DNA from: Gemmatimonadota bacterium
GTDB taxonomy: Bacteria > Gemmatimonadota > Gemmatimonadetes > Gemmatimonadales > GWC2-71-9
Reading direction: 5' to 3'
Assembly: GCA_003222085.1 (NCBI GenBank)
Contig: QHUK01000010.1
Coordinates: 145,801-209,800 of the forward strand
Length of the DNA stretch: 64,000 nt
Part shown: positions 25,356-33,676 of the stretch, in pieces
How the letters are laid out: every line of letters begins with the position of its first letter
Numbering within the stretch: position 1 is the stretch's first letter
Made by a program: the position numbers and the translations under genes
The notes under the pieces: generated by a model
Told to the model about the DNA's origin: nothing
The model's input: only the letters and a program-made list of their open reading frames with translations
The model's database searches: none

Positions 25356-27122
25356 TTACAACCCGAACACGAGCAGCGTGCCGCCCGCGTTGCTGATGTT
25401 GATGTAGTCCCCGAAGGCGCCGATCGCGCCGAGCGCGGCGGTCGGGTCCTCGGGGCCGATGCCGAGCGCCACACCGGCGCCGGCCCAGCCGCCCACTCCG
25501 GAGAGCACGGCGACGTACTGCTTGCCGTCGGGACCCAGATACGTCATCGGGTTGCCGATGATCCCCGAGGGTGCCTTAAACTTCCACAGGAGCGTGCCGG
25601 TCGTAGCGTCGACCGCCTTGAGCCAGCCTTCCATCGTGCCGTAGAACACGATGCCCGAGGCCGTGGCGAGCGCGCCGCCGTAGGCCGCCAGGTTCTCCTT
25701 GACTTCCCACTTGACCTTGCCGACCGTCGGATCCCACGCGATGAACCGGCCACGGTTACCGCCCGGGCCAGGGAACATGCGCACGATCGCGCCGACGTAC
25801 GGCTGGCCGGCCGAGTACTTCACCTCTACGCCCTCGTAGTCCATGCAGATGTTGTTCGTGGGGACGTAGAAGAGCTTGGTCTGCGGTGAGAACGCGGAAG
25901 GCTGCTGATCCTTGAAGCCGATCGCGGCGGGACAGATACCCTCGGTGTTCTTCTTCGAGGTCGTCCCATACTGCGCATTGCGGACCGGGAGGCCCGTCGA
26001 GAGATCGATCTTGGACGCCCAGTTGACCGGGCCGTAGGGCTCAGCCACGAGCACCTTGCCGTTCGTCCGATCGAGCGTGTAGCCGAAGCCGTTGCGGTCG
26101 AAGTGCACCAGCGCCTTCACCGGCTTCGCGCCGATCGTCAGGTCGACGAGGACGTTCTCGTTCACGCCATCGTAGTCCCACTCATCGTGCGGCGTCATCT
26201 GGTACGCCCACTTCGCCTCCCCGTTGTCGGGATTGCGGGCGAAGATCGTCATCGACCACTTGTTGTCGCCGGGCCGTTGATCGGGGTTCCACGTCCCCGG
26301 GTTGCCCGAGCTGTAGTAGAACAGGTTCAGCTGCGGATCATAGGAATACCAACCCCACGTGGTCCCGCCGCCATGCTGCCACTCGTCGCCCTGCCAGGTG
26401 CTGACGCCGAGGTCCTTGCCGCGGTGCGACGCATAGTTCGGGTTGGCGTCGCCGACGATCTTCACGTCGGCGTCCGGGCCCGTCGAATACGCGCGCCACA
26501 CCTCCTTGCCGCTGTTCACGTCGTACGCCGTCACGCGACCGCGCACGCCGAACTCACCACCCGAGATGCCCGCGATCACGATGTCCTTGATCACGATCGG
26601 CGCATTCGTCATGGTCGAGCCGGTCTTGTAATCGGCGTTCGGCACGCGCCACAGCTGCTTGCCCGTCTTCGCATCCAGCGCCAGCAGATCGCCGGCGAGC
26701 AGCTCGATAAACAGCTTTCCGCTCGGATGGTAGGCGACGCCGCGGTTCACCAGATCGCAGCACGCGATCGGCTTGGCCTCGGCCGGCTGGGCGGGTGTGT
26801 GCTTCCAGATCATCGGTGCGCCGTCCTTGGTCAGGTCGAGCGCAAACACGATGTTCGGGAACGCGCTGTGAACGTACATCACATTGCCGATCACCAGCGG
26901 GTTCCCCTCATGGCCGTTCAGAACGCCCGTCGAGAACGTCCAGGCGGCCTTGAGGTTCTTCACGTTCGCCTTGTTGATCTGGGTGAGCGGGCTGTAACGC
27001 TGCAGGTCGGGAGTCCGACCCGTCATCGTCCACTCGCCCGCACCCTGGGCGACGGCGGACGCCGTGGCGAGCACCATCAGGCTCGCCGCGAGTCCACCGG
27101 ACCACAGTTTGAAGCGGTTCAT
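25356..27122 (-). CDS. xoxF: PQQ-dependent methanol/alcohol dehydrogenase, XoxF type (lanthanide-binding signature)
   Basis: This is the in-frame part of ORF 25356..27257. ATG 27122 is preceded by GAGG. Signal peptide MNRFKLWSGGLAASLMVLATASAVAQG. Vicinal Cys pair in PIACCDLVNRG. The motif TPHDEWDYDGVNE carries the additional Asp (D-Y-D) characteristic of Ln-dependent XoxF/ExaF-type enzymes. There is no small-subunit (mxaI) gene nearby. Confidence 0.9.
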   Translation of the reverse strand: MNRFKLWSGGLAASLMVLATASAVAQGAGEWTMTGRTPDLQRYSPLTQINKANVKNLKAAWTFSTGVLNGHEGNPLVIGNVMYVHSAFPNIVFALDLTKDGAPMIWKHTPAQPAEAKPIACCDLVNRGVAYHPSGKLFIELLAGDLLALDAKTGKQLWRVPNADYKTGSTMTNAPIVIKDIVIAGISGGEFGVRGRVTAYDVNSGKEVWRAYSTGPDADVKIVGDANPNYASHRGKDLGVSTWQGDEWQHGGGTTWGWYSYDPQLNLFYYSSGNPGTWNPDQRPGDNKWSMTIFARNPDNGEAKWAYQMTPHDEWDYDGVNENVLVDLTIGAKPVKALVHFDRNGFGYTLDRTNGKVLVAEPYGPVNWASKIDLSTGLPVRNAQYGTTSKKNTEGICPAAIGFKDQQPSAFSPQTKLFYVPTNNICMDYEGVEVKYSAGQPYVGAIVRMFPGPGGNRGRFIAWDPTVGKVKWEVKENLAAYGGALATASGIVFYGTMEGWLKAVDATTGTLLWKFKAPSGIIGNPMTYLGPDGKQYVAVLSGVGGWAGAGVALGIGPEDPTAALGAIGAFGDYINISNAGGTLLVFGL

Positions 27123-27281
27123 AGCTGACCTCATGTTGAGGATGAGGGTGTGAAAAAAAGGCCTACAAATCTCTTGCCCGTCAGAGCCCCGAGACCCGCA
27201 CGATGTCCGGGGGCCCGCGTTCCCGACAGGCGACAACCATCGTCCACTCCTCCACACCGGGACTGCTTCTTGGGGATAGAG

Positions 27282-27310
27282 GTTATATCCCCGAGGCCAG
27301 CGACTGTCAA
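27282..27310 (-). promoter_or_regulatory. sigma70-type promoter upstream of xoxF
   Basis: On the minus strand: TTGACA (27310-27305), 17-nt spacer, TATAAC (27287-27282). The -10 sits inside the inverted repeat GGGGATA/TATCCCC (27272-27292). This predicts a leader of about 150 nt. Confidence 0.55.
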
Positions 27311-27332
27311 TCAGGCTGGAACAGGCCGGCTT

Positions 27333-28301
27333 TCAGCTTGGAACGGCGGCGCTGTCGCGCCACACCCGGGCGCCGCCCACGCTGAACCCTCCTTCATATA
27401 CGAAGCCCCCGGCGCCTACCGCTCCCCGGACCCGCTCCGCCAGGGCCTGGGCGGTACCCCGGTCGCCCACGATGCCGTACACCGCCGGCCCCCACGAACT
27501 CTGCCCTACGCCCACCGCGCCCCACGCCCGCAGCCGCTCGACCAACTCGCCCGTCTCCCCCGGCGCGAACACCCCCCCCTGCACGGGCGCGAACCAGCCG
27601 CCCGTGATGCGCTGGACTTCGCCCAGCGCGGCCCCAAACCCCGCCAGGTCGGCCTCGGCGAGCGCCGGAAGGAGCTGCATCAGCACGAGGTGCGCGACTC
27701 GCTCGACATCGCGCGCGCCGGGGGTCGGCAGCCGGGCGAACGCCGCCGCCTCGTCGTCGCCCGCGAGCCCGGGCTTCCCCCGCGGCACCACGACGACGCA
27801 GCGCCATGCGTCGGGAAACGGGAGCCGCGCCAACAGCGGTGCGACGCGCTCGCCGCCCGCCGCCCGTCCGCCTTCCAGCACGAAGCCCCCGTACGCGAAC
27901 GTCCACGTGCCGACGCCCGAGCGGCGCCCGCGGTCCACCGCGTGCGCCAACGACATCACGTCGGTCGGCAAACCGCACAACTCGGCGCTCGCGCGCGCCA
28001 CGGCGAGCGCGAGCTGCGTACCCGAGCCGAGCCCCGCGTGCGGAGGAATGGACCGATGCAGGCAGAAGTGCAGGCGCAGGTCCAGCCCGTGGTGCCGCGC
28101 GAACCGGCGGGCGAACTCGAGCGCGCGGGCCGCGTCGGGCCCTTCGGCCTTGAGCGCAGCGGCCCGGCGGGCCTCGAGCAGGAGCGATGGAGCGGGTACC
28201 GCCGCGCCGATCCCGCCGAAGCGCCGCCCCAGGTCGCCCCGCAAGTCGAGCACGCCGAAATGCAGCCGCGCCGGCGCCTCGACGAACACCGCTTCGCTCA
28301 T
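27333..28301 (-). CDS. mptG: beta-ribofuranosylaminobenzene 5'-phosphate synthase (GHMP-kinase fold; first committed H4MPT step)
   Basis: ORF 27333..28301. Motifs: APARLHFGVLDL, SIPPHAGLGSGTQLALAVA, GVGQSSWGPAVYG. Confidence 0.8.
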   Translation of the reverse strand: MSEAVFVEAPARLHFGVLDLRGDLGRRFGGIGAAVPAPSLLLEARRAAALKAEGPDAARALEFARRFARHHGLDLRLHFCLHRSIPPHAGLGSGTQLALAVARASAELCGLPTDVMSLAHAVDRGRRSGVGTWTFAYGGFVLEGGRAAGGERVAPLLARLPFPDAWRCVVVVPRGKPGLAGDDEAAAFARLPTPGARDVERVAHLVLMQLLPALAEADLAGFGAALGEVQRITGGWFAPVQGGVFAPGETGELVERLRAWGAVGVGQSSWGPAVYGIVGDRGTAQALAERVRGAVGAGGFVYEGGFSVGGARVWRDSAAVPS

Positions 28302-28858
28302 GCGTGAGCGGCCTCGCGGGCGCGGACATAGTCGTTGAGCAGCGCCATCGCTTCCAGCTCACGTAGCCCGGCGGTCTTGTCCACGATCACCTGGAGTCGC
28401 GCAAACTCCGCGCGGATCTGGTCCGCGGGAAGGAGGTGGGTGCGGGTCGCGAGGATTGCGGCCTCCAGCACCGCGTGGCGGGCGCGGTTGAAGCCCAGGA
28501 ATTCGCGCCGTATGCCGCGGTGCACGACGCGGGTCACGATCCGCGCCCGGGGCGGGCTTGCGTCCAGCGTGCGCACTTCGACCTCGCGCCAGGAGCAGGC
28601 CGCTTCGAGGATCACGCCGCGCACCACGGCCGCAGGTACCGCCGAAAACTGAACGTTCCCGATCGCTCCCTGCGCGAACAGCATCACGTCATCGGTGAGG
28701 TTGACCACGGCGACTCGCGTCGCCTCGAGGTTCTTGAACGTCGTGGTCTCGAGGAACGGCTTGATCACGATCTCTTCTTCTCCCCACTCGACGCCCATGG
28801 GGGCGAAGTTGGTCGACCCGCGGGCGTCCATCGTCGTGAGCACGGATTCGATGATCAT
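28298..28858 (-). CDS. DUF447-family protein (H4MPT-island 'orf7' type)
   Basis: In-frame ATG 28858. There are ATGA overlaps at both ends (28855-28858 and 28298-28301). N-terminus MIIESVLTTMDARGSTNFAPMGV... The family call is from memory of methylotroph islands. Confidence 0.65.
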   Translation of the reverse strand: MIIESVLTTMDARGSTNFAPMGVEWGEEEIVIKPFLETTTFKNLEATRVAVVNLTDDVMLFAQGAIGNVQFSAVPAAVVRGVILEAACSWREVEVRTLDASPPRARIVTRVVHRGIRREFLGFNRARHAVLEAAILATRTHLLPADQIRAEFARLQVIVDKTAGLRELEAMALLNDYVRAREAAHA

Positions 28859-29496
28859 CGGGCCAGCTCGACCGGACGCTCCGCGATGGTCGCTCCGTCG
28901 GCCCGGCGCGGCAGATCCTCGATCGGCGTAGCCGCGCCGTGCAGGAAGCGGTCGAGGAGGACGTAGCCGTACTCGGTAAGCACGGATTCGGGGTGAAACT
29001 GCAGCCCGATCACCGGGTCGCGCACATGCTCCACCGCCATGATCTCCCCGTCCTCGGCGCTGGCGGTGACACGCAGGTCGGCGGGAAGCCCCGAGCGGGA
29101 AATGGCGAGCGAGTGGTAGCGCGCCGCCGGGAACGGGCTCGGGAGCCCCGCGAACAGGCCAGTCCCGTCGTGGTGGATGCCGGACGCTTTGCCGTGCATC
29201 GGACGGCGGGCGCGCACGATCCCGGCTCCGTACGCGGCGCCGATGCACTGGTGCCCCAGGCACACGCCGAGGATGGGCGTGCGCTGCCCGAAGCGGCGGA
29301 CGACGTCGGTCGAAATCCCCGCCTCCCCGGGCGTGCACGGTCCGGGGGAGATGATGATATGCGATGGCCGCGACGCCTCGATTGCCTGGAGCGTCGTGGC
29401 GTCGTGGCGTCGTACGACGGGTTGTTCTCCCAGCTCGCGCACGTAGCGGGCCAGGTTGTAGACGAACGAGTCGTAGTTGTCGATCAACAGGATCAT
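28855..29496 (-). CDS. pabA: aminodeoxychorismate/anthranilate synthase component II (glutamine amidotransferase)
   Basis: In-frame ATG 29496. Motifs: MILLIDNYDSFVYNL, GVCLGHQCIG (catalytic Cys), LQFHPES. Confidence 0.85.
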   Translation of the reverse strand: MILLIDNYDSFVYNLARYVRELGEQPVVRRHDATTLQAIEASRPSHIIISPGPCTPGEAGISTDVVRRFGQRTPILGVCLGHQCIGAAYGAGIVRARRPMHGKASGIHHDGTGLFAGLPSPFPAARYHSLAISRSGLPADLRVTASAEDGEIMAVEHVRDPVIGLQFHPESVLTEYGYVLLDRFLHGAATPIEDLPRRADGATIAERPVELAR

Positions 29497-30965
29497 GGGA
29501 GTAAGGCGGCGATGAGTCCGCCGGCCTTGTCGAGCGTCTCGCGGTATTCCTGCTCCGGGTCGGAATCGGCCACGATGCCGCCGCCGACCTGGAAGTACAC
29601 GTCGCGGCCGAGCACGAGACAGGTGCGGATCACGATGCTCGTGTCCAGCGCGCCCGAAAGGGAGAGATAGCCGATGGAGCCGCAGTATGCGGCGCGCTGC
29701 GTGGGCTCGAGCTCCGCGATGATCTGCATCGCGCGGACTTTGGGGGCACCGGTGATCGAGCCGCCGGGGAACGCCGCCCGCAACAGGTCCACCGCGTCGC
29801 GCTCCGGCGCGAGCTCGCCTACGACGGTGGAGACGAGGTGGTGGACCGTGGCGTAGTGCTCGATGGCGAACAGCTCGGGCACGCGCACGGTTCCGGCGCG
29901 GCACACGCGCGACAGGTCGTTCCGGAGGAGATCCACGATCATCACGTTCTCGGCCCGGTCCTTGTCGCTCTCCACGAGCGCGCGCGCGAGCGCCGCGTCG
30001 TGCTCCGGGGAGAGCCCCCGGGGACGGGTTCCCTTGATCGGTCGCGTCTCGACTCGGCCGCCCGGTTCTACCCGCAGGAAGCGCTCGGGGGACGAGCTCG
30101 CCACCACCACGTTCCCGAAGTCGAGGTAGGCGGAGAAGGGCGCCGGATTGCGGTGGCGCAGCCGGCGGTACAAGTCGAGCGGCGTGCCGGCGAGCGGGGC
30201 TTCGAGGCGCTGCGACAGGTTTGCTTGGAAGATGTCGCCGGCGTAGACGTACTCGATGACGCGCGCGACGGCGTCGAGGTAGCCCTCGCGCGTGAAATTC
30301 GATCGGACGCCGGGGATACCGGGCACCGGATACGATGGAGCGGCAGAGCGTCGAGCCGGGCGCGGGGGGGCTCCCGGAGCGACTGCGTCTTTTTGTCGCG
30401 CAGGGAGCCCCCCCACGCCCGGCCGGGCCAGCCGATCCTTCAGGACAGCGAGCCGGTGGGCCGCGCGGCGCTCTTGGGCCATTCCCCGCTCCGGAATCCC
30501 CGTCGAGATCACCCAGGCGCGTCCCGCCGCGTGGTCCCACGCGATCACCCAGTCATATAGACCGAGCAGCAGGTCGGGCACGGCCAGGTCGTCGTAGCGC
30601 GGCCGCGGGACGCGCTCGAGCATCATGCCCCAGTCGTACCCGACGTAACCCGCGGCGCCGCCCTGGAACGGCGGGAGCTCCGCCACCGGCGCGGCTCCGT
30701 GTGTCGCCACGAGCGTCCCGACGTGTGCCAGCGGGTCCCCGGCGACGCGGACCCACTTCCCCTCCACGAGCTGCTGGGTGAGCAGCCCCTTCGAGCGCAC
30801 CGCCGTGACGGGATCGGCCGCGAGGAACGAGTAGCGCCCCAGATGCTCCGGATCGATCGCGCTGTCGAGGAATAGAAGAAAAGGCATGCCCTGAAAGCGC
30901 GCGCACGTCTCGAGCGGGTCCGGGGCGGGCACGAGCTCGTGGACCAGCGGCGATGGGGCGCTCAC
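29493..30965 (-). CDS. pabB: aminodeoxychorismate synthase component I
   Basis: In-frame GTG 30965 (GTGA overlap). Chorismate-binding fold. The RPIKGTRPRG motif has Lys, which is PabB-like, whereas TrpE has Ala at that position as I recall. Also GGSITGAPK and YCGSIGY. Confidence 0.78.
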   Translation of the reverse strand: MSAPSPLVHELVPAPDPLETCARFQGMPFLLFLDSAIDPEHLGRYSFLAADPVTAVRSKGLLTQQLVEGKWVRVAGDPLAHVGTLVATHGAAPVAELPPFQGGAAGYVGYDWGMMLERVPRPRYDDLAVPDLLLGLYDWVIAWDHAAGRAWVISTGIPERGMAQERRAAHRLAVLKDRLARPGVGGLPARQKDAVAPGAPPRPARRSAAPSYPVPGIPGVRSNFTREGYLDAVARVIEYVYAGDIFQANLSQRLEAPLAGTPLDLYRRLRHRNPAPFSAYLDFGNVVVASSSPERFLRVEPGGRVETRPIKGTRPRGLSPEHDAALARALVESDKDRAENVMIVDLLRNDLSRVCRAGTVRVPELFAIEHYATVHHLVSTVVGELAPERDAVDLLRAAFPGGSITGAPKVRAMQIIAELEPTQRAAYCGSIGYLSLSGALDTSIVIRTCLVLGRDVYFQVGGGIVADSDPEQEYRETLDKAGGLIAALLP

Positions 30966-32404
30966 CCGCTCCCCTTGGCGCGCCGGGCGCGCGAGCGGGC
31001 GCGCGCCGACCGTTGCGTCAGCCTCACATGTTCGGGCCCGCGGTCGTCCGGCGGCGTGAGGTAGCCCCACTGCAGCGCGCCCTCCTGTCGGTACGTCTTC
31101 CCCAGAGTGATGGCGAGCTTCGCCTTCATGAGCTCGCGCCCGAGGTAGAACGCGTGGCTCGCTTCGTCCACGCCGAGCTGGGCGAAGATCTCGTGGATGT
31201 CCGTGCCCCGCACGAACCGCTCGCTATTGAACACGGTGATCGTGTCGCGGTCGGTGAAGATGCGGAAGTTCGGGTCCGTGACGGCGCGCTGCAGCTCCCG
31301 CAGCTCGGCTTCGGCGTAGGCGAGGACGCCCGCGTCCTTCACGGTCAGGAGCCGGTCGTCGACGCCTTTGGGGAGCGCGTTGTGAGTGACTGCGTGGTAC
31401 ATGAGCCGCCGGGCGATGTCGATCTCCCGCACGGCGCCCCGCGCCCAGGGAATCACTTCGGTCGTGAGCACGGCGCGCACGCCGAGTTCCTGGCCGACGG
31501 CGAGGAGCAGGGCGTTGACGCCCGTCGTGTCGGCGGCGGTGAGCTCGGTGATGTTGCCGACCCCCATGAAGAGCGGCGCGGCGGGGTAGCGCCGGTGCGT
31601 CTCCGCGTATCGCTCGAGCGAGCGCATGAACCCGAACCCGATCGGCTCGATGACCGGATCGATGAGGTACGACACGCCCCACTGCTCGAGCGCGGCGACG
31701 CTCGGCTCCAGCGTTTCGAGCCCCTGGCCAAAATCGGGGATCACGACGACGCGCGTCTTGCTGCCGGCCAGCTCGCGCGCCACCTCGCGGTTGGAGGCGT
31801 TGACGCTCAGGACCAGCTCGGCGCCCGCCCCAACGGCCGTGCGGATCTCGTCGGGGTCGAACGAGTCGATGCTCACCCGCATCCCCTCGCCCACGAGCTC
31901 GCGCACCACATCGCCAAGGCCGGGGAATTCGCGTCCGGGTGTGCAGCCGATGTCGATCACATCGGCACCGCTCGTGCGATAGTGCTGCGCCTCCCGGCGG
32001 ATCGCGTCACGCGCGAGACGTGGCGCGTTGTTCACCTCGGCGACGATCTCGATGTCGTAGGCCCCATAGTCGCGGGCCAGGGCGGCGCGCCCGAAGTATT
32101 CCGGGATCTGCCGCAGGTCCTTCGGCCCCTTCTCGACCGGGACTCCCACCCGCTGCGCGATCACCGTGGGGTCGCCCTCGCACAGCCCCGGGAGGAGCAC
32201 GAGGTCCGTACCGGCCGGGACCTGAAGGAACCGGGCGATCCACGCGGTCGTCATCAAGGCGGCGACGGTGATCTTCATGACCGCCACCTCCCACGCGAAC
32301 GCCGGACCCATCTCGGTGATGGTCCGGCGCAGCGCGGGCTCGGCGAGCTTCCCCGTGACGAACAACACGCGACGCGGCGCGCGCACCGCCGCACCGGCCG
32401 TCAC
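30962..32404 (-). CDS. dihydropteroate-synthase-like pterin-binding protein (H4MPT biosynthesis type)
   Basis: In-frame GTG 32404 (GTGA overlap). The DHPS-like core includes GADVIDIGCTPG and MRVSIDSF. It has an N-terminal extension and a C-terminal domain, as in methylotroph and archaeal homologues. Confidence 0.7.
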   Translation of the reverse strand: MTAGAAVRAPRRVLFVTGKLAEPALRRTITEMGPAFAWEVAVMKITVAALMTTAWIARFLQVPAGTDLVLLPGLCEGDPTVIAQRVGVPVEKGPKDLRQIPEYFGRAALARDYGAYDIEIVAEVNNAPRLARDAIRREAQHYRTSGADVIDIGCTPGREFPGLGDVVRELVGEGMRVSIDSFDPDEIRTAVGAGAELVLSVNASNREVARELAGSKTRVVVIPDFGQGLETLEPSVAALEQWGVSYLIDPVIEPIGFGFMRSLERYAETHRRYPAAPLFMGVGNITELTAADTTGVNALLLAVGQELGVRAVLTTEVIPWARGAVREIDIARRLMYHAVTHNALPKGVDDRLLTVKDAGVLAYAEAELRELQRAVTDPNFRIFTDRDTITVFNSERFVRGTDIHEIFAQLGVDEASHAFYLGRELMKAKLAITLGKTYRQEGALQWGYLTPPDDRGPEHVRLTQRSARARSRARRAKGSG

Positions 32405-32760
32405 CGCGGGTCGCCCGAGCGCACGAACTTGTTCGGCGTCCCTTCGAGCGCACCACCTTTCGGGCGCCACAAGACCGTCTCGTCGATCTTGCGTGCGAGC
32501 TCGAAGTCCTTGTCGGTGATGCCGCCCGCCGCGTGGTTCTGCAGCTTCACGATCACGCGCCCCCAGGTCACCGAGAGGTCGGGGTGATGGTAGGCCGCTT
32601 CAGCGACGTAGCCGATCGCGTTCACGAGCATCAGCGTGGTGGGCCAGCCGTCCGTCTTGTAGTTCCGCCGGATCCAGCCGTCCTCGTACCACCAGCCCGG
32701 GAAATCCTTGAGCTTCGCCTCGATCTGCGCGTCGGAGTAGGTCGGTTCTTTCGCTGCCAT
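32401..32760 (-). CDS. phhB: pterin-4-alpha-carbinolamine dehydratase
   Basis: ORF 32401..32760. PCD motifs: AYHHPDLSVTWGRVIVKLQNHAAGGITDKDFELA. Confidence 0.82.
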   Translation of the reverse strand: MAAKEPTYSDAQIEAKLKDFPGWWYEDGWIRRNYKTDGWPTTLMLVNAIGYVAEAAYHHPDLSVTWGRVIVKLQNHAAGGITDKDFELARKIDETVLWRPKGGALEGTPNKFVRSGDPR

Positions 32761-32781
32761 GACGGTCTCCTTATCGAAGGG

Positions 32782-33615
32782 CTAGACCACGCCTCCGCCA
32801 TTGATCAGCAGCATCTGGCCGGTCACATAGGCGGCGGCGTCGGAGGCGAGGTAGACGGCGGCGTAGGCGATGTCCTCCGGCGTGCCCCAGCGGGCAAGCG
32901 GGATCTTCGCGGAGATGCGCTGCTTCACAGCCGGGTCGAGCTCGCTGCCGTAGGCGGTCTCGATCCAGCCGGGGCCGAGCACGTTCACCCGGATGCGCGG
33001 CGCCACGGAGTGCGCGAGCGCCCGACTGAAGGAGTACACGCCGCCCTTCGCGGCGCAGAACACCTGGGCGTATTCACTCTTGATCCCGCCGCCGAGCACG
33101 TGGTCCCACGACATGTTGAGGATGACGCCCCCCGAGGCGGGAGGCTGCGCGTCCATGAGCTCGACTGCCTTCCAGGAGGCGAGGACCGTACCGCGCAGAT
33201 CCACGGCGAGAAGCCGATCGAGCTTCTCGATGCGGGAGAGCCGCGCGGCGTCGCCGGTGAGGATGTCCGCTCCCGCGTTGTTCACCCACACGTCCACATG
33301 TCCGAACGTGCGGCGCAGGGTGTCCGCGAGCGCGTCCAGGTCGCCCTGCTCGGCGACGTCGGCGCGGATCGCCTCCGCGCGCCGGCCGGTGGCCCGGGCG
33401 GCTTCGGCGGTCTCGTCTGCGCCGTGCCGGTTCGCGCGGTACGTGAGCGCCACGTCCGCCCCCGCTGCTGCATAGGCGAGGGCGATCGCGCGTCCGATGC
33501 CGCTGGACGCGCCGGTGATGAGCGCCACCTTCCCGTCCAGCGACAGCACGCCCGGAGCGTCGACGACGGTGCCGGGCGACGCTGGCAACTCTTCGTTGGG
33601 CTGTCGTTTTGACAT
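32782..33615 (-). CDS. short-chain dehydrogenase/reductase (SDR) family oxidoreductase
   Basis: Motifs: TGASSGIGRAIA (TGxxxGxG), NNAG, and a YxxxK-type region (FCAAKGG). Substrate not inferable. Confidence 0.85.
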   Translation of the reverse strand: MSKRQPNEELPASPGTVVDAPGVLSLDGKVALITGASSGIGRAIALAYAAAGADVALTYRANRHGADETAEAARATGRRAEAIRADVAEQGDLDALADTLRRTFGHVDVWVNNAGADILTGDAARLSRIEKLDRLLAVDLRGTVLASWKAVELMDAQPPASGGVILNMSWDHVLGGGIKSEYAQVFCAAKGGVYSFSRALAHSVAPRIRVNVLGPGWIETAYGSELDPAVKQRISAKIPLARWGTPEDIAYAAVYLASDAAAYVTGQMLLINGGGVV

Positions 33616-33676
33616 CGCGTCTCCGAACGCCTAACCTATCGGCGGCTTCGGGACAGCCACAAGGGAGCGGTCGGAA

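Noticed and set aside
25356-27122. The possibility that the dehydrogenase is a calcium-type MxaF, or that fhcABCD are methanogen-type Fwd/Fmd genes.
   Set aside because: No mxaI or mxaACKLD genes are present, and the D-Y-D motif points to the Ln type. The fhc genes sit with fae, mtd, mch and a bacterial gene context, which matches the formyltransferase/hydrolase complex of methylotrophs rather than CO2-reducing Fwd.
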